Source: Klebsormidium nitens
Lineage: Eukaryota; Plantae; Klebsormidiophyceae
Reading direction: 5' to 3'
Assembly (NCBI GenBank): GCA_000708835.1
Contig: DF237249.1
Location: 43,772 to 107,771 of the forward strand
Length of the DNA stretch: 64,000 nucleotides
The notes beneath the pieces were generated by a model. The model worked only from the letters and a program-made list of their open reading frames with translations, did no database searches and had not been told where the DNA came from. Each line of letters opens with the position of its first letter. Positions within the stretch are counted from its first letter, which is position 1. Positions 23,777 through 35,629 of this stretch are shown piece after piece. The translations under genes and the position numbers were made by a program.

Positions 23777-26700
23777 GGGAAAGGCGAAGGTTGCCGTCAG
23801 GTTGCGCGGCTGCACGAATGCAGTCCCAAAGAGGAACTGCTTCGCGACGAACCGGTAGAAGGCCTCCGTACCGTGTTCCACGTCCCAAAAGATGTGCGTG
23901 TCCGGATCGGCGCACGCGTCCGCACGGACGGTGTACAGGTCGAAGATCGTCCGGTTCTGTCCGCACTGCAGGGTGGCGTTGTTGGGGCCCGCACCGCAGC
24001 AGGCGACGGCGGAGACAGAAAAGTCTGGGGAAAGGGGTCGCCGGTTAGCGGGCAAAAAGCGGGAAAAATAAGAGAGACGTGATGGGATTCGCGAGGGTAA
24101 CGGGCTGCTATGGAGGAATAGTCTAAGAGAAAGGATGTCAGAGACCGAAAAGTCTGCGGGCGGAAGGATAGGGTCGCCGCTTAGCGGGGCTTGGAGCGAA
24201 AGAACGAAGAAAGACGTGACAGGACTCGCGAGGGTCGCGACTGAGGGATCGTCTAAGCGAAAGGATGTCACAAAACGGTGAGCAAGTTCATCCGTTGTAT
24301 CTAGGCTTGGTCCGACTCGCAAGCTTTTAAGCAGGAGGGGCGATTCGAAAGCGTCTCGCATATGGTCTGGATGGAATAGACAAAACAAACGTCCATATCT
24401 TCTACTCATCCCACCCTAATCGAAACCTCGCTAGCAAGACCGAGCTCAGATCGGGGAGCCGCAGTCGCGTCGCATACGCGCCACCACGGGCACCCATACG
24501 CACTCGGCCCCTACCATTGCCCACAATTCAAACTCCTGCAAAAACATTGCATAAGCGCTCCGCGTGCTCACTGTACGCGCTCGGCTGCGCCACGGTGCTC
24601 GCGAGCAGTCCGTTGGTGTCCCCGACCAGGATCGTCGCGTCCGGCCACGCTGACGTCAGGTTTGCCAGCGTGGCATTGAGCAACCGGTTGTGATCCCTGG
24701 CCAGATCGTTGAGCGGGTCGAGGCACGAGTCGTTAAAGGTGACTAGGCGCGCTTGTGGCGCGCAGCCGACCGCGGGAACGTTTGCGACGAAGAAGCGGCG
24801 CGCGCCGGCCGCGTATAAACCCTGCAGATGGTCGATAGATGCAAGGGGTTAGACAGTGCATCCGTTCGGATTGAGAAAGGCGGCAACGGGATCGAGAAGC
24901 GCGTGCGCAAGCCTTTTAGTTCGATGCGAGTGGCATCGAAAGGTTACCGCAGAATCTCATATAGCAAAACTGAAGGCTGGAAGTTCACGGCTCAAATAGC
25001 GGGGTAGCGACAGCCGCGTATGAACCCTGCGATTGACAGTTCCGCATTCACAGTAAGAAAGAAGAAGACGACGAGGATCTGAAGCTGACGTCCGCGACCG
25101 GAAGGTGCCCGACTTGTCTTGAAGGAGTCTTGGGGAGGGGAAGGACTCAACTTCAAACGGCGACAATCAGAGTAGAAAATCGAGAATCAAATTCATATGT
25201 CTAAAGGAGGGCATGTCGGCTCTCAGGATCTCTTACCACATCATCTTACGTCAGTCCAGACCGCAATTAGGGGCTTGAATCAAGCAAGAGCTTTGTTTCA
25301 GAATTTTTTCCGAGAACTGCCCAATGGCAAAATGACATGTGCCCACCTGGACGCCCGCCGCAAGGTTTGCGACGACGCTCTGGATGTAGTCATCTGGCGC
25401 CACCGGATTGCCGCTAAACACCCCCCCCAGGTCGAGAGTGTAGTGCGTGTAATCATTGGTTCCCGTACTCACGAGGAAGATCGCTTCGTTGATGGTGGAG
25501 TTCGGGATAGGACCTGCAATTGTGAAGACGATTGAGACGTTGCGAAACTTGCAACCAGAGCATTTGGAAGAGACCCCTTGAGTGAGAAACATTACCTGCC
25601 CTCGAAACGGGATGTTGGGATTTCGCGAAGCTTCGGACGCATGCGGTTGTCTGTTCACATTCATACGAGAAACGTTCAGACGCAATAACTGGGAAGGAGG
25701 GCTCCATAGAGCTGGAGCGGACTTTTAACCGTCGAGACGCTTGAGACGTGTTTGGTTGTTGAACAACGTGATCACGAGCGTTCTGACGTAAGCCGGGGTG
25801 AAAAGTGCAAAGCGGGTCTGCAGGAAGCCTCGGGACGCGTGCTTGAGCGCTGATTAGCTGCAGTTCTTGAGAGCGGCGTCAGATGTATCCCTGGAGAACG
25901 ACGTCCTTGTTGGATGTCCCCGAACGAGACGTTCTATGTTGTCACCCATTCTGTTGCACTTGTTGACTCGGTTGGGGTCATTGCATGGTACCGACGTAAA
26001 GCGCCTGTTCCAAGAGACCTGAAGACCTGTCGCTGAACAACCACCAAAAGCGAAGCGGCTCACCCGTTCCGTTGGTTCCGTTCTTGAACGCCAGGAAAGC
26101 TGCGACCTGACCGGCGAGCGAAAGCTCTCCGTCGGTGGACGTGGTGTTGAGCGCGCCGCTCCCGGCAGACGCAAAGTTGGCCCCGCGCGAAAAGTTTGCC
26201 CCGGGCTGGAGATAAGGGGCCAGAAGCGGGAAACCCCACGCCTGGGCTGCAGAAGTCAAACCGAGATATTTCACTTTACCTGTAGACCTCGAAAAGACAG
26301 AGAAGTTGCCGCGGGTCGAGGGTAGGTGGCGGAAATAAGGAAGCCTCACGTTCAGGCTGTAGGGGTTGAACAAATCCCTCCGCTTTTGTACGAGAAGAAA
26401 GAGGGTTGCCCCGGATTTGAGTAGGATGCGAGCAGGGCAAAATCAAAGCAGATCTCTTCTTTTGTAGTTTTTCGAGAAGAACGATCTTGGGTTGGAAGTA
26501 GGGTTCAAGAAGGGGAAGCCCCACGCTTGGGCTGCAGGCAAGAACGAAGTACATTCAGCGTAACATCAAGCCGGGAGTTTTATATGATTAACCTGACGCC
26601 GAAGGCAGCTGCCCTAGTTTTCAAACATCGAGCGAAGGAGGAGAAAGCTCGACGCCTTGCCAGGCTTCGCGCAAAAGAGAAATGGTCTCTGTGGCTTAAA

Positions 26701-27759
26701 TCTGCTTAGTCTGCCTGTGATAAGATTTTGCGGCTGCAGAGAGAAGGAGCGAAACCCCAACCTTAATGGGCTCGAAAACAATGGAGCAATTTGAGATTCT
26801 CGGCTCGGAGAAACATGAGGTAGTCTGTTACTACGAATCAGAACCTTAGGGTAGCTACCTCCGAACGATTGAGAAAAGCATGGAAGGACGCCGGGCCACT
26901 GCATGTCATTTTGTGTCAGGCAACACTCAACGTGGTAAGCTTGGTCGGACTCGGAAATGATACAGCAAGAGACCACTCAGAACTCCTTGTTGCAGACATC
27001 GTTTTGTTGGTCCGCTCACCCAGAAAATCGACAACAAGGCGCCCATCGCTATACCGCCCAGTTGGCATGTGAAAGTAGGTTTCTCCATATGGGGGGCGAT
27101 CAGCTGACGTAGTGGTGCTGTTAAGGTACTTGTTCAGGCCTGCAGATTCAACGTGAGAGTCCTGTTCCGAAGAGCACAAGCCAATGGATCGAAGTTCCTA
27201 GCTCACCCAGGCACGGTGTCAGCTGACAAAATTATTTGGTCGTAGCACACCATTGGGAGAAAGAGAAGCCCAATCCCTAGTGTTATGTTGGTTCTTTCCA
27301 GTCAGCAAAGGCGTCTGTGGCCCCTGAGTGTCATCCACTCTGAGATTCAGGAGCACTGGCTTAAAGGGCATGGTTTTTGAAGACAGGAATTCACAAAATA
27401 ACAGCCAGGATTCGAACCTGCAACAAACTTCTGAGCTGGTCTCGCGACAGTGCTTCACCTGTGTCCGTCGTTGAGTCTCCGAATGCGTAGAGTGCGGAGA
27501 CGTTCATACTCCCACGGACCGCAGCACTTGCTGCCGGAGCTTGCGCAGCTGGTTGTAGCATCCTTCTGATATTCAATGGAAGCTGTACCTCTGAAAAATC
27601 TGCTCGATCTTTCTTCTGCTGTGCTTGGAGGAAGCTCACAACCTCGGCATTTCCCATTCTGGTGCAAAGCGACGTCGCGCCTACATGTGTAGAACTAGTG
27701 CAAGGGAGTGAGCTTAGAAGCGCTGTGACACACAATGCTGAGAGGTGGAAAAGTGTCAT
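23750..27759 (-). CDS. GDSL esterase/lipase (SGNH hydrolase), secreted, 6 exons
   Basis: Exons 27759-27459 (an upstream in-frame ATG at 27825 is possible), 27139-27020, 26246-26064, 25513-25347, 24821-24572, 24024-23750. Block [14 protein letters not shown]...[14 protein letters not shown], block [12 protein letters not shown], block [30 protein letters not shown], block [11 protein letters not shown]. Confidence 0.93.
24012..24270. repeat. ~129-bp diverged tandem duplication spanning the acceptor of the last GDSL exon
   Basis: GAGACAGAAAAGTCTG...GGGTCGCCG.TTAGCGGG...AGACGTGA...TCGCGAGGGT...GTCTAAG.GAAAGGATGTCA occurs twice, offset by 129 nt. Confidence 0.8.
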
Positions 27760-28500
27760 GAGTCTGGTGGGTGGAGCGCCAGCGCGGCGCCAGCTGGCGC
27801 TAACTTCATGCGCGCAATATGCCATCGTAAGTGCACTTGAGCCTGCTTGATTGTTCTTTACCTGCTATTTGTCCCTAATTATAATCTATGCTTGCTCTTT
27901 ATAAGATGAATCTGCAGCTGTTAGGACGTGTTGATTGAGAAACCAGACTTGATCAGCGTCTAGTGCAACCTTGCTACAGTAGCTTTTAGTCTTCCAAACC
28001 GCTGCAGCTTCCAGCATTCTTCTTCTGAGTACTATAACTTATCAATCAGCTCGAATCCAGGTCACAGCTAAAGCATGTTCTGCGCGACCTCGAGGACAAC
28101 TCCACCCTTCGTGCATGTCCTCTTTGCACCGTCGCGTAGGATCAACTGGGGCTTCGAAACTTGGAATGGCCGGTCAAAAGCTTTTCTCTGTCTGCACAGA
28201 AGCGCGCGGGCACCGCGCTTCTCGGAAGAGGAGGCGGAGGAGTCCCAGCTTGGAAGTTGGAGGAAACTGCTCAAACATTCCGCCCCTTCATGCTGACGCT
28301 AGCTCCAGCGCTCCACCAATGCAGAGCTCTATGCAGTCGCTGCATGCAGCTACGAATACCTAGCAAGTTGTCCATGTACCGCGTGTGTGGCGCTTGGATG
28401 CTCGCCACCTGGCGGCATCTTAGCTCCGTACATTTAGTAGGCTGTTCTCGAAGACCGGGTCGCATCTGAGCAGGGGGGACCAAACGACATGATGTTGAGC

Positions 28501-29017
28501 CAGGGCCCAGTACGTTTACCACGAAGTTTTGAGATCTAGCCGGCTGCCCAGAGGGTCCCTCTTGAAGCAGTCGGTTGGAAGAGGCTGTTGGTCGGTTTGC
28601 AAGGGGCCGACCACCTTGATTTTGGTCGGTTTTTTGTGGGCCGGGTGCGCTCTCTTGGGTCGGTTACCCGGCGCGAATTCTGCCACTGACAGTAGGCCCT
28701 GCTTGGCCAGAGCACTAATCCGCAAGTTCTAAGTGTGACACTACAGCCCAAAAGTCACCCGATCGTTCATACAACAGTTTGTGTCAAGGTCTCTGAAGGT
28801 TCAAATAGTGCCAAAAGTCTGAGAAAAGGCCTACCGACCACTATTGGCCTACCCGGCTGGGACCGACTACTCAGAAACAGGCCGGTTTGGGTAGCCGACC
28901 ACCTTCATAGTGGTCGGCTTTCCAGCCGGCCTGCGGCCGGCCACTCTCGTCCGAGTCGGTCAATTTCAGTTTTGGTCGGCCGCAATACCACTGCAAGTCG
29001 GTCCGTGGTAAAAACTG
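28501..29017. mobile_element. Non-autonomous hAT-like DNA transposon (MITE), 517 bp
   Basis: Flanked by an exact 8-bp direct repeat TGTTGAGC (28493-28500 and 29018-29025). Begins CAG and ends CTG. Imperfect inverted match of CAGTACGTTTACCACG (left, 7 nt in from the end) with CGTGGTAAAAACTG (right end). Dense subterminal CCGAC/GTCGG motifs; no ORF of note. 8-bp TSD and CAG...CTG ends are established hAT features. Confidence 0.7.
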
Positions 29018-30836
29018 TGTTGAGCCCCCTCGAAAAGTTGCCCACATTATTTTATGTCGCGATGACATCATCTGTCGAGGCCGCCCGAAAATTATTGCTC
29101 AGTCCTCGGTGCTGCACTGGTGTCCGGCATATACCGTATGCCTACTGATATACTGAATGACAGGCAGCACAGGCTATCATGTAATAAAAGCATATAGAAT
29201 GCAGCAGACTAGCCTGAGCCTTAATATTCATATGTAATTCTGGTCAGCTGAGGTAGATATGTCTGAGCGAGTTATACGAGTAGGTTTGAAGTATGAAGTA
29301 TCGTGACGTGCGCAGCTTACCTGCGCCAAAGAGGCGCAGCTTGGAAATGTGTCCTGAAGCTTATGAATGTTGAAGGAGAAGTAGAAGTACAGCTTAAGGC
29401 TCTGGCAAGCAAGCAGCCGTCGATGAGTGCTTCATGTGGCGTGATAATTTACTACTAGTTAGTATATATCCTGACTGATATGACCGACGTCACTGGGCTC
29501 TTGCATATATTTACTTCGGCTCTTGATATACTACAGCTCTTGCCTAGCTCTTGTATGAACTTGATTCCGAAGTGAGTCACCATGCAAACTTCTATATTGC
29601 TAAGTTGCAGGTAATTTTGACATCAGAGAAGTCTGTACTTTCAGGTCGTGGGCACGTTTCATCGAATAAGTCTATGCTTTTGACGCATACATATTGGGAA
29701 CAACATGCAAGTTGCCGGCCGCTTGACGGCTAAATTCAGAACACATTTTCACGTCCAGATTAAGTATGATCACAATTAACTGATCGACATGTATAAGTAC
29801 ATCAAGTACAAGCTGCCCTTTGTTTGCGGCCCACTAGACACTTGCTCAAGCGAGACCGGCAGGGACTGATCGGTCCTCACATGATCGTCACCGCCCCTCT
29901 GTAATTATCGTGAAATTGTGACGACCCACGATAGAGTCTTGGCTCTCCTCATGAAGCGCTGTCAGCCGGCCAGCAAACCCAAAACCCCCCGCCTGCAGAT
30001 CGACGGCATCGAACCATTGCTGGTACCGTGCAAGCCCGGCGAGTTCCACCGGGGGCACCCGAGGATCCCCCCGTGCTGCGGATCGGTCAGCACGTTGAGT
30101 ACGTTTCTCAGGGGGAGTGGCGCCCGCGTTTGCCCGGGGTTGAGGCACAGTATCGCTAATCGCAGCAGAAACGCAGCCTGCGGGGGGGAGTAGGCGTCGC
30201 CAGCTCCTCGTCGACGAGTCTGCCGACGGTGCTGGTAGGAGCCCCGTTTCGACGCAAAACTGCGAAGAAAACAAGGATGCATCCAGAGAGTTGGAAACAT
30301 GTTTCGAGATGATGTAGCGAGACTGAGGTCAGGAAGGTGTTGGCACGCGCGCGGGCGTGCTATGGCAGTTGTCCGACTCTGTGGCCTAGCTTGGATTCTT
30401 GACGGATCGGAGGCCAATGGAAGAAAGCTCATTTGGCGAGGTGTCCGGCAGTTCAAAATGTCGAGCTGGCAGCGATGTCAAGGTCACTTTCTCAGCATCC
30501 CGAACATGAGGCTGGATCGGTTGCGGACTCTAAGGGCGCTGTCAATTCCGCAAAACGTGAACCCCTTTCCAATCCTGGCAAGCAGAGGAAGCGTGAAATC
30601 GACTGGCGCTCGTGTATCTGCTGAGATGTTTGATAACGTTCCTTACTCCAACGTCGATCCTTTTGTACAAGAGATTGGAATCATCCGTTGGTGAGTTCGT
30701 CGAGCTACCCGTGAGTGGAAAAGATCCGCGGCGCCCACTTCCAAAATTCTCAACCCGGCATTGAGAACAAGCACATGGGCTTTTTAAGAATCGCGGGTGG
30801 TCCTGAGGTGATGACATCGGTCGTTCTCCCGTGCAG

Positions 30837-33592
30837 GAAAGGGCCCCTCTTTGGACTGGCCCACGAGGCTGCGGGTCGCCGAGGACGCCGCCCGGGGATT
30901 GAACTACCTGCACAACGACATCGTCCCCGCGTGCCTGCACCGCGATATTAAGCCGGCCAACATTCTCCTGGATGCCAACCTCAACGCGCTGGTGAGACTA
31001 TGAAGATATAGCAGATGAAGGAAAGTTTGGAAGGTCCCTACTTTGAGACAGGAACGCCATAATCAGATCCGGCCATCGATGCCGATGCTTACCCGCTAAA
31101 TATGCTGATGTCCAACGTGATCTCTTAGTGCGGCTTGGAATCGAGGCTTGTGGACAAGTGGTGGTCAGGGCTGGTGTCGGCTAGGGTTAACAAGTTGACG
31201 ACGTCACCGCTTACGTCAATAAATGTGCTCTTTTTGTGATATTGTCGGCATGTTATGGGGCGCGGATGCGGTGTTGCCGCAAATCGTCTGTGCTGCTATC
31301 GCGTACTTCTGATCTGCAGAATTGAGAGTGCGGAATGACACCTTTGAAAAGATTCAGCGGTGCGTTATCGTCTTGAACTTTTGACAGCCCTCGTCTCGGC
31401 TTGATGGGCGCTACTGGAAGCTCGGTTCTGTGATGAACTGACCAACTTTTAACCAGATCTTGATCGATTTTCATCGAAGGGCTGTCAACGGAGAACAATC
31501 AAAATTCCTGTGGTTAGGGAGTTGAGTAACGAATGTCTCACTTCATCCCTGTTGTTTATGTTTCCCGAGTGCTTCTGTAGGTTGCTGATTGAAGGAATCG
31601 GCGAAGCACGTCTCCTTGACGTGGACATGGCCACCGGAAGTAAAACATCGATCATCGTGAAGTCACATGCTGGCACTCGTTCTTCCGCTCTCGTTTGCGC
31701 AGGTGGCAGGTTTTGCCATCTTGCAAAGCTCTTATGCAAGTCGCCACCATGAGTAGTTTTTAAACGGACGTCATGACGGCAAGGCTGACGTCGCCGCTGA
31801 TTCACGCATTCTGCAGATGGCCAACCAGGTGGTTGCTTGTCTTTTGAGAAGCACCAGCGGAAGTGAATAGTGACGCTGCGCTGACGTGAGCGCTGGTTTT
31901 GCGTTTCTCCGCAGGTGGCAGACTTTGGGCTGGCGAAGCACATCTCGGGGGACGCCAGCCACGTGGAAACGCGCATGGCGGGGACCTTCGGATTCATGGC
32001 ACCGGAATGCCTCCTGAGTGGAACCGTAAGAAATCGTCGCTGCAGGACCTATCTTTAATTCATACCAACCTTTCTGATTCGACAAGGGGCTCTAGTAGGC
32101 AGGAATGTGACCGTCGTGCGAAAGTTACTCGGTGTGAGACTCCCTTTTACAGAGGTATCAAGTAGAGGTTGCTTTGGCAGCAACACTCTTTCCTTCGATC
32201 CAAATTCACGTTTACAAGATACAGACTCGACTGCTCTTGTGTAGATGCTATTCCAGGTCAGACCGGCAAAGTCGTGCGATTATACCCGCTTCATTCAAGT
32301 CTTGAATCCGAAGACAGCTCCTGCTTCCCGATCTGCTTTCTCCTTCCGGTCTACTCGAGACTTGCGACACGTAAAGTCGTTTAATATTTATAAGTTTCAA
32401 TTTGTGCCGACGTGGTGCAACCAATTTGGGACCCCATCTGGGCCTTCTGACGTCAAGAATTCTACCCTTAAAACGCTGTCCTTGCTTCAATCCCAAGTAC
32501 TCCTTGACATCAGAGCATTCCTCTTCACGCAACTATCCATTTCCAATGACAAAGTATGGGACGATGTTCCGGGGAAATCCTGATTACGTCTCTTTCGCTT
32601 TCTGTAGGCAACGAAAGCTGGCGACGTCTTTGCTTTCGGGGGGGTGCTTCTGGTCCTAATCACAGGACGCGCCATGTTTGTGAAGCAAGCCAAGGGCAAC
32701 CCCAAGACTCTCATCCAATGGGTGAGAACTTTCGTCTGCTTCGCCATTTGTATCTTGGCCGAAAGTCCTTTGGAGTTGTCTCTAAGACCAGGTTGTGGCA
32801 AAGCAAACAATTGACGGCCGGAATTTCTCGGTCGTCTCCATAGGAGGAGCTTGGGTTTTCTAAAAGCTGCCGATTTTATAGCCCTCTTGATTGCTCTCCA
32901 TTCAAGAGAGTTCCTCTTCCTTCAGGAAGGACGCAACGAACAATCACGAGGAAACGACTTGTGAGTTTCTCCATATGCGCTTCGATCTCCCGCCGCCGTC
33001 AGTCCTAGAAGCAATAACGGAATGCAAAAGCTGACGCCTGATCCTCGACACTTTCTGGACCTGAATGTTGGTAAAGTCACGAACCTGAATGTTGGTAAAC
33101 TCACGAACATCACCATGCGAGACGCCAGTCAAAGGACTCGGCTGAAAGTTCCTGTATCCAAGTGACGAAGTTGCTTACCGCATCGAACAACTCAGATTGC
33201 TTCATTCTTTTTCCAGATTTTCGACCGCACTCATCTGGAGGACCCGGGCGAGTACGTCGACCGCAGCCTGGGGGCAAACTTCTCCTCCGACGAGGCCGCC
33301 TTTCTGCTGGCGCTGGCGCTCGGTTGCGTCTCCCGGGCGGAGCTTCGCCCAACGATGGCCACTGTCTTGCGCCTGCTCACCGAGCTCCGGGGGGGGAAGG
33401 TCCCCTGCCGAATTGGCGGCGGCGCTGCCCCCCCTGGAGGTGCCGGGCACCGAATTTGGGCCGGAAATATCGTCAGGAGGAAGCGCCAGCTACTATCAGC
33501 ATTCCGGGGGCAACAAAACGAGGAGCTCGGGATTTTCTACCGAGCACTCGGTCGGGATGCACCAGCCGACCGCTTTATCTGACGGGCGCTGA
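30837..33592 (+). CDS. Receptor-like (RLK/Pelle) kinase, subdomains VIa-XI and C-tail only; 5'-truncated or pseudogene, with a frameshift in a G8 run
   Basis: Exons 30837-30991 ([21 protein letters not shown]...[12 protein letters not shown]), 31915-32025 (VADFGLAK...GTFGFMAPE), 32608-32721 ([16 protein letters not shown]) and 33217-33592 (LALGCV...RPTMATV). The tail ending LSDGR* is reached only if one G is removed at 33389-33396. Confidence 0.85.
33059..33110. repeat. 24-bp tandem duplication (ACCTGAATGTTGGTAAA(G/C)TCACGA) in an RLK intron
   Basis: Two adjacent copies, read directly. Confidence 0.8.
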
Positions 33593-35629
33593 ACAGTCGT
33601 GCGCAGACAAGACGTGCGGACTTTGATCTCGACTTGCTAGCGTCGAAGGGAGCTGACAAAAACTTACCCGTAATCCTGGGCTGATGTGGAAGTCACAAAT
33701 CAACGAGGGCAGTGGTGGTAAAGGAAGAAAGACGTGAAGGCCCCGGGGTAGTGATATTTGCACCAAGATTCTGTTATCTTCGTGGGGTGGGCGTGGGGTT
33801 TGACACGGTCCAACTGGTTTTATGGTGACTATTCGCACTGATTGTATTCTAGGATTTAACGTCGTCGACCAAGGAACCCGGGCGTCTGGTGAACCGCCAT
33901 GATCCAGTACTAGTGCAATATCCACTTAAACATTTGCCTTTGTCTCAGTATTGAAAAAAACAGGTGCCTTGGGATAAAGCCAACTGCATGAATCAAATCA
34001 TCATTCGTAGTTGTAGCGTTAAAAGTGTCTCGTACGTGGCTAGTGTCCATTGAAAGCGTTGAGAGCCAGCAATAATACAGTAGGCGTCACAGGGTACTTG
34101 CTTTGAATTGGACAAAAACGTCGATCAAGTTTGCTACAAAGTTTGCATGACGAGCTAGCTGGGAGTAACTGATCACGCACGTTTCTTAAGTTAGAGCGCC
34201 TGTATTATAACGGTCTTAAAATACATTGATACGTTTATGCCGAGTATCTAGTGTTCGGATTCTCCCTTCACTGTTCTGGTTCGGCGATAAAATCTGGGGG
34301 GATCGATCCGGGAAGAGGCACCGTTGCAGGTGCGAAGGATGATGCATTCAACTGCAAGATTCGCTGGCATTTTCACTGGTTCGGTAAGACTGAGCACATT
34401 TAAAGCGCACTGCAGTTGCGTCTGGTCAGTGCGGGTTGATGCCAATACGATATCCTGTCATTGACACCTTTCTTGAGTGTGGTGCACATATGATATAGTA
34501 TGTGGACGAGCAGAAGAGCTGCAGAGTTCGATACCTCATTGGTGCATAGCCAGATGCGCCGCGCTGGACCTCGTCGATAGTTTAATCCATTGCACCCACC
34601 TAGCACGGAAGCTCAGTCGATTCGTTCAACTTTGCCATGGCCGGCGGGGCCGGGCGGGAGCTAGGCTACCGTTCCAATGAATCATGTAGCGATCTAGCGG
34701 TAGTCGTGTTTCTAAACCATTGCAGATTTAGTAATCAACAACCAGTGACGGTCTCAATTTGACGACTTTATGTCATGGACATCACACATAACGCGATCGA
34801 GAGCGCTACTGTAGTAGCTTAAGTCTTTATTGGTAGGCAAATGAAGGTTCTTAGTTGCGTGCCAATTTCTTACTTTCCCACGCGACGCTTTTGTCACGCG
34901 GTCCGGCCTGGCGCGCCGATCGACGATGCTTTCATTGCACTTCAGACGAGATTCTGTCGGACGGACCGGAAAGAGCAGTAGCCTGAATCTAAGTTAACTT
35001 AGTTTACATTAACAGACTCGGTATGCATATCTGGCACCATCATGGCATGACGATGGTCCACGGGCGAGAATGGAGAAGCCGTGACTACTCGCTGCCAGAA
35101 CTAACCAGCAAATTCAAGCATGGCAAGTCATTGGATTTGTCCGTTCGATGGGCAGGTTCGTGCAACTCTACACCGTGAAATGTCAACCCAGTGCAGGCAA
35201 TGATGCTCTAGAACTTTCGAACCCGCTTGCACAAACTGCACCTGACTATTGACCCGAATGTAGGAGACTCATTATGTGACCTCTGATCTAGGCGGCCCGG
35301 CGGAGCAAGCTGCCTCCAATCAACATCGATCATCACAATCGGACCCATTGCTGATGCTAGGTGGCCGCCAACGCATCCGTCCAGCCACTACTATCTCAAA
35401 GCTGTGCTTATACCAGTATCAGGACTGAGCTTGCGTGCCACAATTTGTCCCGTCAACTGTCCTGTGTGCTTGCGATATTTGGCAGTGCCCTTTGCTTGAT
35501 TTGAACAAGCACTTCAACACCGGCTGAACTTACTAGTGGTGCAGTTGCTCTTCAGTGTTCCTTCGTCCACCATGAATGTACATATGTACTCTCTCAGTCA
35601 CTTGTAGTATGTGCACTTCGAGTTGACAG

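Noticed and set aside
27395-27450. tRNA-like T-arm (GCAGGTTCGAATCCTG) with an A-box-like CAGCTCAG on the minus strand
   Set aside because: Only ~12 nt lie between the boxes, with no anticodon arm and no acceptor stem; at most a SINE/tRNA scrap in GDSL intron 1.
28218-28241. LLGRGGGG as the missing kinase Gly-rich loop of the RLK
   Set aside because: No following VYxG or VAVK, no splice path to 30837, and poor codon bias; likely chance.
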